From an uncultured delta proteobacterium (GTDB lineage Bacteria; Desulfobacterota; Binatia; UBA9968), in assembly GCA_963728565.1 (NCBI GenBank), contig CAVSLC010000009.1, positions 32,001 to 96,000 of the forward strand: a stretch of DNA of 64,000 bases. The letters are read 5' to 3'. The notes under the pieces are model-generated. The model was not told the origin of the DNA. It searched no databases and worked only from the letters and a program-made list of their open reading frames with translations. Of the stretch, positions 27,764 through 37,759 are shown one piece after another. How positions within the stretch are numbered: the stretch's first letter is position 1; each line of letters starts with the position of its first letter. The position numbers and the translations under genes are program-made.

Positions 27764-28225
27764 TTAAGGTTTGACGAGCCTCCCAGAGATGTCCACGAAA
27801 ATTCGAGCGGCCGCGTTCCCATTGTGTCGGGCTGCAGTCACTATAATTTGGCTATCTGGGTCTGCATAAAGCAGTACCCGTTGACCTCCAAATCTTCTAG
27901 CTGGAAAAGCAGGATCTGAAATAGTCGAGGTTCCGCTTGTGACGATTGGGTAAATACCTGGGACGGAGTTCGTGTAAACTTCAAGCGACACAAAAAGAGT
28001 TTGATTCTGCTGCACAAAACCGTTTACGCCGACAAACTCCACAATAAACAGCCCCTTTACAAAACCATAAATATATAAAAAAATAAAATAATATATAAAA
28101 TAATTATATAAAATTAAAAATAAAAATTAATTATCCTTAGCTATCTCCAGTAACTGAATGTCTTTTGTCTCTTCGCCGTTTGCAAGGTTTATAACTCCGC
28201 CTACGTGAAACGGCTTTCCACTCAT
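27764..28225 (-). pseudogene. Second copy of the 127-aa gene, interrupted by an AT-rich insert
   Basis: Colinear with 12006-12389 except for the insert at 28054-28131. Confidence 0.75.
28054..28131. other. 78-bp low-complexity A/T-rich insert
   Basis: Absent from copy 1 and almost purely A/T in a GC-rich genome. Confidence 0.9.
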
Positions 28226-28451
28226 TGTTGTTCTCTCCTAATTTGTTCAGTGATGATATATGACGCGGCGTGACTCCGGCAAGCTGAGGCCGTAGAGCTG
28301 CACGCTGGGTGCTGCCCCTTGATTCACCCGTAACGGTTGTGCTAATAACCGCGCCCTCGCTGCGCAGCGACAGCGTTGCGCCCACCTTTGAGAAGCTATC
28401 AAAGGGCGCTGCGCCGGCGAGGCCCAAAACTTTGGGCCAGGAGAAGAACCT

Positions 28452-28565
28452 ATGACGGTACTGTTGAGCTATTTCCTCATTGCAGCGGTCTTGGGCGTCA
28501 CCGCTTCGGCGCTCATCGGCTATTTCCTAACGAATTTAATCGATAGGCGATTCCTGAAAAACTGA
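28452..28565 (+). CDS. Small single-TM peptide (37 aa)
   Basis: AGGAG RBS; MTVLLSYFLIAAVLGVTASALIGYFLTNLIDRRFLKN. Confidence 0.55.
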   Translation: MTVLLSYFLIAAVLGVTASALIGYFLTNLIDRRFLKN

Positions 28566-28664
28566 AAAGTCGAAAAATCGATCACTCTCGATAAGAGAGA
28601 ACTTCGTGTCAAAAACCGTCTCTTTTTGTTCGGCTCAGGTGTCCGTCAAGAGGAGGTTACTCCG

Positions 28665-28952
28665 ATGGTATGGGACGTGATGGTTGCAGCGGCATTCGTT
28701 GTTGTATCTGTGGCGGTCCTTGCTTGTTTCTCTGTGAGGCAGGCTCTCATCTGGTTGAAGAAGCCGCACCGGCGATTCCTACCATTCCCCGGCTCCATGG
28801 TCCTTTCACGCCATCGTTTTAGAGAAATCGTCCGCCCTCATTCGTGTGTTGGGCGAAACCTTGACCATTTAGCTGCGCGCCGAAGAGCTGGAAGCTTGAA
28901 GTGGTTCGCACTTTTTCGCCACATTTGTCCAACCATAAGGAAGACGCGTTAA
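28665..28952 (+). CDS. Small membrane protein with an N-terminal TM helix
   Basis: GAGGAGG RBS; MVWDVMVAAAFVVVSVAVLACF followed by a basic stretch. Confidence 0.5.
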   Translation: MVWDVMVAAAFVVVSVAVLACFSVRQALIWLKKPHRRFLPFPGSMVLSRHRFREIVRPHSCVGRNLDHLAARRRAGSLKWFALFRHICPTIRKTR

Positions 28953-29285
28953 TCATCTCAGCAGCAGCAATTATCGGTCTATAGCGTAATCCGTTTCTGG
29001 AAAGGATTCGACTGGGGTGATGCTGTTGTCACTGCGAGCTAGCGTTTCACTGATTGATTCCGACGAGATGAGCGTACCCATGGGCACGGGGGAACACCGT
29101 CGCAGTGGGCGGCTGACTCACTGGCTTGACTCAGGACGCATGTGTCGCTCGTGGAGATCTCAGCAGGTAATGTGAGTGGGCCGCGACCAGCGGATCGGCA
29201 CTCACTTGCCAGAGGCGGAAAGAGCTGGCGTCGGTGCTGAATCGCCTATCAGAAATGAGGGGTATCCTGATCCAATTCCTACAGC

Positions 29286-29648
29286 TTAGTATTCTCGTTG
29301 GCGCTTTAGGCGCTGAAGCTCTAAGCGTTGACGCTCGACTTCAGCCTGGTTTGCTTGGATTTGTTGCTGTTGCTGCTGGTTGACATTTTCTTGACCTTGG
29401 AGCTGATCGCCCACCAAGGCTCCGGCACCCAGTCCCAGAACTCCGCCAATTGCTGCTCCGGCCCCGGGTCGGCCAACCGCACTTCCAATAAGCGCTCCGG
29501 CGCCTGCCCCTCCCACGGCCCCAATTCCTGCACCTTTTTCCCGGGTGCTGAGCGATCCGCCAGCACAACCACTTAGATCAAACAAGACGACTAGGCCAAT
29601 AACGAACAGCAAAGAATTGCCACCGGTGATCGGTTTAGATTTCTTCAT
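29286..29648 (-). CDS. Glycine-zipper lipoprotein
   Basis: LSGC lipobox, GAGIGAVGGAGAGALIG zipper and a Gln-rich coiled tail. Confidence 0.88.
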   Translation of the reverse strand: MKKSKPITGGNSLLFVIGLVVLFDLSGCAGGSLSTREKGAGIGAVGGAGAGALIGSAVGRPGAGAAIGGVLGLGAGALVGDQLQGQENVNQQQQQQIQANQAEVERQRLELQRLKRQREY

Positions 29649-29723
29649 GCTTCTTAGGACGCCTCCTTTTTACGATTTTTGATAAATAGGGATTGCGCTT
29701 TAGCAGCGCTTCGACGTTATCGG

Positions 29724-29739
29724 TGCAATAAATGCACCA
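29724..29739 (-). promoter_or_regulatory. Putative sigma-54 promoter
   Basis: TGGTGCATTTATTGCA (GG-N10-GC), about 75 bp upstream of the lipoprotein gene. Confidence 0.55.
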
Positions 29740-30698
29740 GTGAGGCCCCACCCACCAAGCCGGCACAGGAAACCGTCAGCGGGGCGTAATGACAGAACTC
29801 GACAAAAGCAAACGTTTGTGATGCACAACGAACTTTAGAAGATGCTCAGCTAGAACGCGCTAGGAAAGCAGCACACGATCTGCCTGCTTTCATCGATGGT
29901 GATTTTCCTGATTATCCGGAAGCGGTACCGAAAGGGAATCAGACATTGCTCGTATCGAGCACGACGAATTTCGCAAGCTCTCCGGCGGGGTTCGATTAAC
30001 TCATGCGAACGTCGAAAGCATCGAGTTCTTTAAATGAGAATGAAAGCGCTCTGTTGCGGCAATCTCTAGGCGCACTTCCGAGCTGCTCTTTAGCTCATGA
30101 CCGAGTTTCGACAACGAGGATTGTTCAGCGAGTCATTCCTGCTGTCTCGCAATCCGGATGGCCGCACACACACTGGCCCGACCGCGCCATGCCGGCCTGT
30201 GCACAGTGATCACTGCAGTAATTTTCATTTCCTCGTGAGACGCCGTGTCCGTGCTCGATTTTACAGGCGCAGCCAGCGTGCGCGCAGTTCTGGTCTGCCA
30301 TAGTCTTGCTCCCTTTTACAACGAGATTGCGGGATCTCTTTGGCCGCTTTACGGGTGGGCCACCTTACTCGATCCGTTGTTAATGTCGAAACGTTGGGAA
30401 GTCAACAGTCTTGAGGTTCTTTTCCAACCATTTTCGATTTTGGCTTGCGGTAAAAACCCTGGTACTGGTCGGCGCTATGTAAGCCGGACAATTCGCCCCA
30501 CCGTTCACTTGATTTCGGCTGATTTTATGGACACACGTCGGGCTCTGAATGAGGCTGCAATGCCATTGAGCTGCGATGATTCCGATTGAAGCTCACCAAT
30601 TGCTACCGTCCTGCTCGAAATACCGGGTGCGTGACTCGGGCAAAAAGCCATGCTATATACCCCGCGCATTTTTACTCGTACAGCATCCAGGAGGCAAA

Positions 30699-30902
30699 AT
30701 GAGCAAGGACAAATTAGATAACTCGCAATCCAATGAACGTCATAGTTCTTATGCTTTTGAAGCGTTTCAGAAGTTCATCAACAGCCACTTGGTGGGAGGG
30801 CACGATGTTCGTATGTTCGTAGATCCGAACGGTAATTCGTATTCTATTCTGTGCGTGACTTGTGACCCTCGGCTCACCGAGGTAGTGACAACACGCCACT
30901 AA
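30699..30902 (+). CDS. Small hypothetical protein (67 aa) with H..H..CxxC
   Basis: AGGAGG RBS; MSKDKLD..HLVGGH..ILCVTCD. Confidence 0.5.
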   Translation: MSKDKLDNSQSNERHSSYAFEAFQKFINSHLVGGHDVRMFVDPNGNSYSILCVTCDPRLTEVVTTRH

Positions 30903-31086
30903 AATTGCGCTCCGGTGCCATGCGCGATTCCATTGTAACAGCTCACTATGGTCGAGCGTTTTTGCCCGAGGGCTTACTATGGGTACGATCGATGCCGCAA
31001 CCTAGTAGCTCGCGGCCGGTCGCCTCAAAATTTTTCGGCATAGTAAGAGTGGCCCGGATTTTTCTACCATTGACCTGAATGTATTC

Positions 31087-32869
31087 TTACTTCCGCGCCG
31101 CCAGCGACATCTCCTCGACCAAAGTCGGTAAATACGCCGCGACCAACGCCGGCGTTCCCTTGCGCACCTGTTCCAATCCTCGTTTAAGCGCCGTCCCTAT
31201 TTCATCCGCTTCACGCACAGTCTCGCCGTAACAGTTGGCGGACTCAGCGAGTTTGGCAAAGTCGGGCGGGGGATCGAATACGCCGCCTTCGAAATTCTCC
31301 GTGCGCACTGCGACACCGCTCGGATAGGTTCTGCGCAGGCCGTTGGTTCCGGTGCTGTAGGAGCGGTTGACGAATATGAGTGTGAGAAAAGGGGCTTTGT
31401 AATGAGCGGCAGTCCACAATGCCGGCATCGGCGTGCCAAACATAAAGTATCCGTCGCCGGTTGCCAGGATGACATCACGTTCCGGTGCTGCGAGCTTGGC
31501 TCCCAACGCCGCGCCGGCGCCCCAGCCGCCGGATGATCCGCCGCTGGCGAAGTAGGTACCGGCTTGAGTTCTCCCGTGATGCGTGCAGACGAAATCCGAG
31601 TTGCTGATGGAATCATCGAGCACGATGGCGTTCGGTTCGAGAATCTTTCCCAGTTGATAGGCGACCCAGAGCGGGTGCATCGGTTTGCGCCGTCCGGCTG
31701 CGATGGCGGCTCGCTCGTTGTTGTGGTTCATTTCGCGCTTGCTTGCCTCTAATCGCTCGCGTCGTTCGGCGATTCGGCTCATGTCGCTTTTCGAAAGGAG
31801 AGCAGTTGCCGCTTCATAGATGGCCCGGGCCGCGGTCGTTGCGGTCACCGGAAGCCAGAGGTCGGCCTGGAAATCCATGGTCTTATACGCCGACATCACC
31901 GGATCGGCATCGGCCCAGATAACTTTAGCTGCCGGGTCGTGGCGCGCTAGTAGGCGTGGTGTATGCCACCAGCGCTTCGAGCATCAGCAACGCATCGGCA
32001 TCTTTGATCTCCGGTCCGGTGCCGTAAAGCGGGTGAGTGTTTGGGAAGTTCAGTCGGTCTGTGCGGTCGCAATCCAGTACCGGCAATGAGAGTAATTCGG
32101 CGAGCCGAACAGTTTCCGCAACTGCTTCAGGATTGCGTCCGCCAGTAGCGCAGCAGATGAGCGGATTACGCGCTTCAATGAGCCACTGCGCCGCCCGTCT
32201 GGCATCGGTGGGATCGGGCCACACCGGCCGCGCAACTCCAAGCTCATCGCGCGTCGGGAAGTATGTCTTGCCGGGAATCTTCATCATTGCCGTTTCGCGC
32301 GGCGCGGCAAGATAGACCGGGCCTTTGGGCTCGCTCATGGCAACCTGCAATAAGCGGCTGATCATAAATCCTGGATTGTCCTGATGCTCCAGGCGATGAT
32401 CGATCTTAGTGTATTGCCTGACGATGCCGCCCTGATCGCGTGGCTCTTGGACCCATTGCACGGGACTGTTGCGCGCGCCGGTCATCGACCCGGCATAGGC
32501 CCGCGGTCCTGTTCCGGCGGTGATCAGCACGGGATAATTACCGCGCCACGCGGTATGGATCGCCCCGCCATAATTCAATGTTCCAACATCGACGTGCACT
32601 GCAGTGGCTGCTGGCTGGTTTCTGATCATTGCGCTGCCGAGAGCAGCGTTCAGCGCCACGCTCTCGTGCGGCACCGTAACCAACTTGGGGGTGGGCCAAT
32701 CTCTCTCCTGCGCTTTGGCGATGCTTTCCTGCCAGAAAGCGATCTCGGAACCCGAAACAAAGAAGAGATGGTCGATCCCGCCAAGCTTCATCGCCTGGAC
32801 CATGGCGTCAGACCATTCATCGCCGGGATATTCGCTCCAGCGTGCATCGCGGGAAATTGAGTCTGCCAT
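31087..32869 (-). CDS. ThDP-dependent enzyme (decarboxylase/ALS-like), frameshift at about 31935
   Basis: VPHE catalytic Glu, PKGPVYL and GDG...N ThDP motif; two ORFs tile one gene. Confidence 0.87.
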
Positions 32870-33245
32870 CAGTGTAGCTCTCCTTGTAGAGATTATCGCG
32901 TTTGCAAGGCTAGACCGGCACTATCTCCCATAGCGCGGTCAGTTGGCAACCCATTTTTGTAATGAGTGTTCAATGATGGTGTGCTTTGATCCTGCTGGCA
33001 TATCGTCAAAACGACCTTAGACTTCGGTCCGTGACTTCCCGAGGTCTCAATTGGGCATCTAGCGAGTTAAAACTAAATCGTTCGAATATCCGGTATGACG
33101 TCTTTTCATCGCGCTGTCTGACATTGTGACACCGCCCTGCTGTCCGGCGTAATTCGAGTTTGAGATGCACGTCCCTAAGACAAAAACCCTCTTGATCCGA
33201 GGCGCAGAATTCGAATATTGCTAAAGGTGAACGGTGGGAGGATGT

Positions 33246-34262
33246 ATGAAGAGACTTCGAGACACGGTTGTGAATTACATATCTTCGCTGGTTCTGTTGG
33301 CATTGATTGCCGCATCGAATGCCGCCGGCAACGCTGCTGAATCAGCGAAGCTCACGCCCCTACGCCTAGCCTACAGCGCCATCACGGTTAACCAAGCGAT
33401 TCCATGGATCAGTTTAGAGGCGGGCCATTTCAAAAAGAACGGCGTTGATCTCGAACTCATTCACGCCAGCAGTATTACTGCGCTGCAGGCGCTGCTGGCC
33501 GGGGAGGTCGCGATCGTGCAATCGGCGACGGATGGGGCCGTAAGCTCCAATCTTAGCGGCGCCGATACCGTTTTCATGGGCGCGATTCTCGACAAGCCGC
33601 TCTACAGCTTTATCGTAAACTCGAAGATCAAAACGCCGCAAGATCTCAAGGGCAAGAGAGTTGGCGTCACTCGGTTCGGCGCGACACCGGATGCTCTGGC
33701 GCGGGCCACGCTCAAGATGTGGGGGTTGGACCCATCCACGGATGTTTCGATGATTCAACTCAATGAAATGGGCCTGTTGGTTCAAGGTCTGGTCAATGGC
33801 GTCATCGATGCCGCGCCGATATCGATTCCCAATAACATCCGAGCGAAGAATCTGGGATTCGTCGAGTTATTCGACATGACCAAGATCAACAAAACCTATA
33901 TCACCGGCACGGTGGTCACGAGAAAACGTTTCCTCGATGGGCAGCGCGACCTTGCCAAGCGATTCATGCGCGGCTTCCTCGAAGGCATGAAGACCTATCA
34001 GGAGGACGAAGAGTTCACCATCAAGGTGATTCAGAAATGGACACGCGCAAAAAATAGAGATGAAGTGAAGGAGGCCTATGCGTTACAGGCCAAGAACATG
34101 CTGCGCATCCCGCGCACGTCCGTAGAAGGAGTCAGGACGATCCTAGAGGGCCTGGAAAAAATGCCCGCGGCTAAAACCGCCGATCCGCGCCGGTTCATCG
34201 ATTTTACGATCCTCGATGAACTGGACAAAGAGGGGTTTTTGCAAGCACTATATAAGAACTAA
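33246..34262 (+). CDS. ABC substrate-binding protein (NMT1/SsuA-like)
   Basis: Signal peptide; IKTPQDLKGKRVGVTRFG motif. Confidence 0.88.
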   Translation: MKRLRDTVVNYISSLVLLALIAASNAAGNAAESAKLTPLRLAYSAITVNQAIPWISLEAGHFKKNGVDLELIHASSITALQALLAGEVAIVQSATDGAVSSNLSGADTVFMGAILDKPLYSFIVNSKIKTPQDLKGKRVGVTRFGATPDALARATLKMWGLDPSTDVSMIQLNEMGLLVQGLVNGVIDAAPISIPNNIRAKNLGFVELFDMTKINKTYITGTVVTRKRFLDGQRDLAKRFMRGFLEGMKTYQEDEEFTIKVIQKWTRAKNRDEVKEAYALQAKNMLRIPRTSVEGVRTILEGLEKMPAAKTADPRRFIDFTILDELDKEGFLQALYKN

Positions 34263-34303
34263 TAAGAACTAAGACTGTCCAAATCTATAATCTGGAGGTG
34301 CGA

Positions 34304-34963
34304 GTGGCTTTGGAACTATACTGGGGCAGCGGCAGTCCGTTTGCCTGGCGCGTCATGTTGACGTTGGAAGTGAAAGGTCTGGCATACCAATCGACACTTT
34401 TGGAATTCTCAAAGGGCGATCATAAAGCTGCCGGTTTTCTCAAGCTCAACCCGCGCGGCAAAGTGCCGCTGCTGAAAGACGACGATTTCATTCTCAATGA
34501 ATCGCTGGCGATCATGGCCTATCTGGATAAAAAATATCCCGCGCCGCCGCTGTTCGGCACCTCGCCGCAAGAGACCGGCCTCATCTGGCGGGCCGTCATG
34601 GAGACCGAAGCTTATTTGCTCAGCGCCGGAGATAAAGTGATCCGGCCGGTTTTCTTTGGCAAAGGGCTTGATGAGACCGAAAAAATTCAACAAGCGGCGC
34701 AAGCCGTTCGCCAGGAATTGCAGCGCATCGATCGAGAGCTATCCGGTTCGGCGTGGCTGGTTGGCAAACAGATCTCCGCCGCCGACATCAGCTTGTTCCC
34801 GCTGATCCAAACTATCCTCCGAGCAGCGGGCAAAGACGCGGCAAAATCGCTGAAGCTGGAATTTCTGCCGATGGCCGATACTTTCCCGAATCTCTCGGCA
34901 TGGGTGAAACGGATCGAAGCGCTACCGGGTTACGAGCGCACCTATCCGCCGCATTGGCGATGA
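34304..34963 (+). CDS. Glutathione S-transferase family protein
   Basis: WGSGSPFAWRV, LNPRGKVP, ESLAIMAYLD and ISAADI motifs. Confidence 0.93.
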   Translation: MALELYWGSGSPFAWRVMLTLEVKGLAYQSTLLEFSKGDHKAAGFLKLNPRGKVPLLKDDDFILNESLAIMAYLDKKYPAPPLFGTSPQETGLIWRAVMETEAYLLSAGDKVIRPVFFGKGLDETEKIQQAAQAVRQELQRIDRELSGSAWLVGKQISAADISLFPLIQTILRAAGKDAAKSLKLEFLPMADTFPNLSAWVKRIEALPGYERTYPPHWR

Positions 34964-35092
34964 CACCGAAAGGGCGAATTAGGAAAAGCGGAAAGCTGAA
35001 ACAGAGGATCTCGTTTGCCCCTCACGTTTCAGCTTTCCTGTCTCACTTATCACGCGGCATTCACGATTGCGGCTTCTTCGGGTTATGTAAGG

Positions 35093-35755
35093 TTATTTGC
35101 CAGGCTGCGATACCGTGCGCAAATAGGGCTTGTGCGTTTTGAAGCCCTGCGGGTATTTCTTCTTGGCGTCATCGTCGGAAACAGATGTCGGAATGATAAC
35201 GTCATCGCCCGGCTTCCAATTGACCGGCGTCGCCACCGTGTGCTTGGCGCTGAGTTGCAGCGAGTCAAGCAGACGCAGCACTTCGTCGAAATTGCGGCCG
35301 CTGGCCATCGGATAGATCAGCATCGCCTTAATCTTCTTGTCCGGGCCGATGAGAAATACCGTGCGCACAGTTTGGTTGTCCGCGGCGGTGCGCTTGCCGG
35401 GGGTTTCGCTGGCCGGGAGCATGTCGTAGAGCTTGGCGACGTTTAACTCCGGGTCGGCGATCATCGGGTAGTTCGGTGCGTGCCCCTGTGTTTCCTGAAT
35501 GTCCTTGGACCAACCCTGGTGATCGCTAAGCGGATCGGCGCTCAGTCCGATAATTTTGCAGTTGCGCTTATCGAATTCAGGCTTGAGTTTGGCCATATAG
35601 CCGAGCTCGGTGGTGCAGACCGGCGTAAAATCCTTCGGATGGGAAAATAGGATCGCCCAATTATCGCCGATCCACTCATGAAAATTAATTTTGCCTTGGG
35701 TCGTCTCCGCCGTAAAATCCGGCGCAATATCGTTAATTCGAACCGCCATAATCAT
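35093..35755 (-). CDS. 1-Cys peroxiredoxin (Prx6 family)
   Basis: FSHPKDFTPVCTTE, GRNFDEVLR and ATPVNW motifs. Confidence 0.95.
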   Translation of the reverse strand: MIMAVRINDIAPDFTAETTQGKINFHEWIGDNWAILFSHPKDFTPVCTTELGYMAKLKPEFDKRNCKIIGLSADPLSDHQGWSKDIQETQGHAPNYPMIADPELNVAKLYDMLPASETPGKRTAADNQTVRTVFLIGPDKKIKAMLIYPMASGRNFDEVLRLLDSLQLSAKHTVATPVNWKPGDDVIIPTSVSDDDAKKKYPQGFKTHKPYLRTVSQPGK

Positions 35756-35940
35756 TCTCCTTTCGTCCTCAGTTTTACTGGCATAGAGCTATCGCGTGTA
35801 CGGGTCTCAGTCAATGCTTTTTGGAGAACTTTGCAGGTTATTACCCTGCGCTTAACAATCATACGGCAATATCCTGAGACGTGCAGTGGGGGAGTTAGTC
35901 GACCCTTTTCAGCCGATCGATCTTCTCGCAGGAGCTGGTC

Positions 35941-36336
35941 CTAAGAAGTCTCGATCGCGCCGGCCTTGTGTTGCTCTGATGGATGGAGCACCGGAACCAA
36001 CCGGCCCGTGGCAGTTAATCTTTCACTGGCCGTTTCCCAGCAGGGCCAATCCGCCGTATCTTGTTCCCAATCGGCAAAGGCGGCTTCATCGCACCAGTGC
36101 GGCAACTTCTGCATGGCTTCTCTATGAGGCGAAGCCGGCACAAACCCTCTGATCGCTTGATTGTCGCGCCACATTGCCAATGTCCAGAAGGCCAGCCCCT
36201 TTGTTTTTCTCACCCTGACGCCAAGATTACCCGGGGTTCTTTTCGCTTGCCAGATCGAGCGCCTGGTGTACCAAAAAAATCCAGGGAAAAAGCGCAAGGA
36301 ACGCAAGTGAAGCCGGGTAACGGAGATAATTGCCAT
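35941..36336 (-). CDS. DUF3291 / ABM-like protein
   Basis: ISVTRLHLRS, FWTLAMW and HREAM..L..WCDEA motifs. Confidence 0.7.
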   Translation of the reverse strand: MAIISVTRLHLRSLRFFPGFFWYTRRSIWQAKRTPGNLGVRVRKTKGLAFWTLAMWRDNQAIRGFVPASPHREAMQKLPHWCDEAAFADWEQDTADWPCWETASERLTATGRLVPVLHPSEQHKAGAIETS

Positions 36337-36573
36337 AGGTGAGTTTCCAACCGGTCATGAGCGTTGCAGCCTAAGAAGACCGAAGCACGCTGTTCTAAGT
36401 CTCCTTTTCTAGCATACCGAAGACGCTATGCGCCATCGTCTGTTCTGCTTCTGAATCCAAGCATCGCTTCTCAAAAGCCTTGCGCATTTCCAGCCACCTC
36501 GATTAATATTTCCCGAGCTCCAATCCCAATATGAGAACTTTGACCCTGCCGGTCCTCCGAGCTGCTGCCTGGC

Positions 36574-36718
36574 ATGAACAAAAGAGACTTAAGCGAACGC
36601 GACATTTGCACAAAGTATATTACGCCCGCAGTTGTCAACGCCGGTTGGGATGTCCAGTGGCAGATTCGTGAAGAGGTTAGTTTTACCAAAGGCCGCATCA
36701 TTGTACGTGGCAAGCTCG
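36574..36718 (+). pseudogene. hsdR: Type I restriction HsdR N-terminal fragment
   Basis: MNKRDLSERDICTKYITPAV..AGWD..QIREEVSFTKGRIIVRGKL; similarity ends after about 48 aa. Confidence 0.75.
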
Positions 36719-36759
36719 AACGGCGATGCATTCTTATTTCACGACCGGACAGGACAGAG

Positions 36760-37170
36760 GACGTGGGCGCGAAGACAGTTATCTATATGCCCATCCATGT
36801 TCACGGTGCCTGTTTTCCGCGGGGGACGGCCATGCGACTCAAGGGCATGGTGAGGTTTGACCGAACGCCATTGAGACAGGCTTGCGCGGCCGTTTCCAGT
36901 TCTTTGTTCGAAAGGATATAAGGCTTAAGTGGCCGCGAGCGGAGACGTCTACCCACTGGATCGTTATGGGAAAACATGAAGAACTAGATCAAGCGATGAA
37001 GATGGCAGTTCATGAGACTATTGATCTCATTGTCGGTCGGTTCCTCATTTAACGCCTGAGGAGAGCTACATGATTGCCAGCGTTGCAGTCGATTACCACT
37101 GACCCAAGTAGTTGACGGCAGCAAGGGCGTGCATGGAATGATTCCAAAGTCCATCTTTATAAAAACATGA
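36760..37170 (+). pseudogene. Acetamidase/formamidase C-terminal fragment
   Basis: SAGDGHATQGHGEV..AIETG..WPRAET.THWI.MG..YM.ASVAVD..TQVVDG.KGVH.MIPKSIF, with several indels and stops. Confidence 0.75.
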
Positions 37171-37348
37171 AGGTGATCATCCTAAGCTCCTCTGCAGTCG
37201 GATCTCGTGTGCTGCGCACAGCTTGCACGTGGGCACGGGTCGAATCTTTACCTGACGTTCATGCAATCGTCCCAGCAGTTCCGCTAGAGGCGAAGGAAGC
37301 TTCCGTGGACGCGCAAGAATACAAGCCCGTTTTTCGGCTTTAGTCTCG

Positions 37349-37480
37349 CAGCACCGCATTCATCCACGCGATGACCTCTGGCGGCTGGTAACCACCTCGC
37401 GAGCGAGGGCTTGAAGCTTCTTGTCGCTCACAGGGTCCGGGATCCCAACGGCGCTTTTCCGCCTCGACCAGGAGTGGGCG
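37349..37480 (-). pseudogene. TctC-like C-terminal remnant
   Basis: LLVEAEKRRWD..DPVSDKKLQALAREVV..QPPEVIAWM across frameshifts. Confidence 0.4.
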
Positions 37481-37759
37481 CTACGGACGATGTTGACCAG
37501 CTGGACAAACTCGTTGTAACGCGCCAGTCAGTGAAGCGAGTGAGCGCAAGGCGCGGCAGAAGGTAAGAGGATGGTCCGCTTGTGCTTTGATAATTGACCT
37601 TTTTGTTTCCCTTGTTTGAAAGGCAGCGCGCCTCGGTGTAACCATGGTGGCCGAATACATTGGCTTGCGCGCTCGTATCTTTTGCACTAATCTCCTGCTT
37701 CGAAAAATCACCACCGTGTCAACCGAATTGGAAGCGCTTCTAAGGAGAATGAGCTCGAT

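Larger units (their letters stand above)
27090..28427 (+). repeat. Long direct repeat, copy 2 (att core plus about 1.3 kb)
   Basis: Matches 11333-12591 and begins at the tRNA anticodon loop. Confidence 0.97.
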
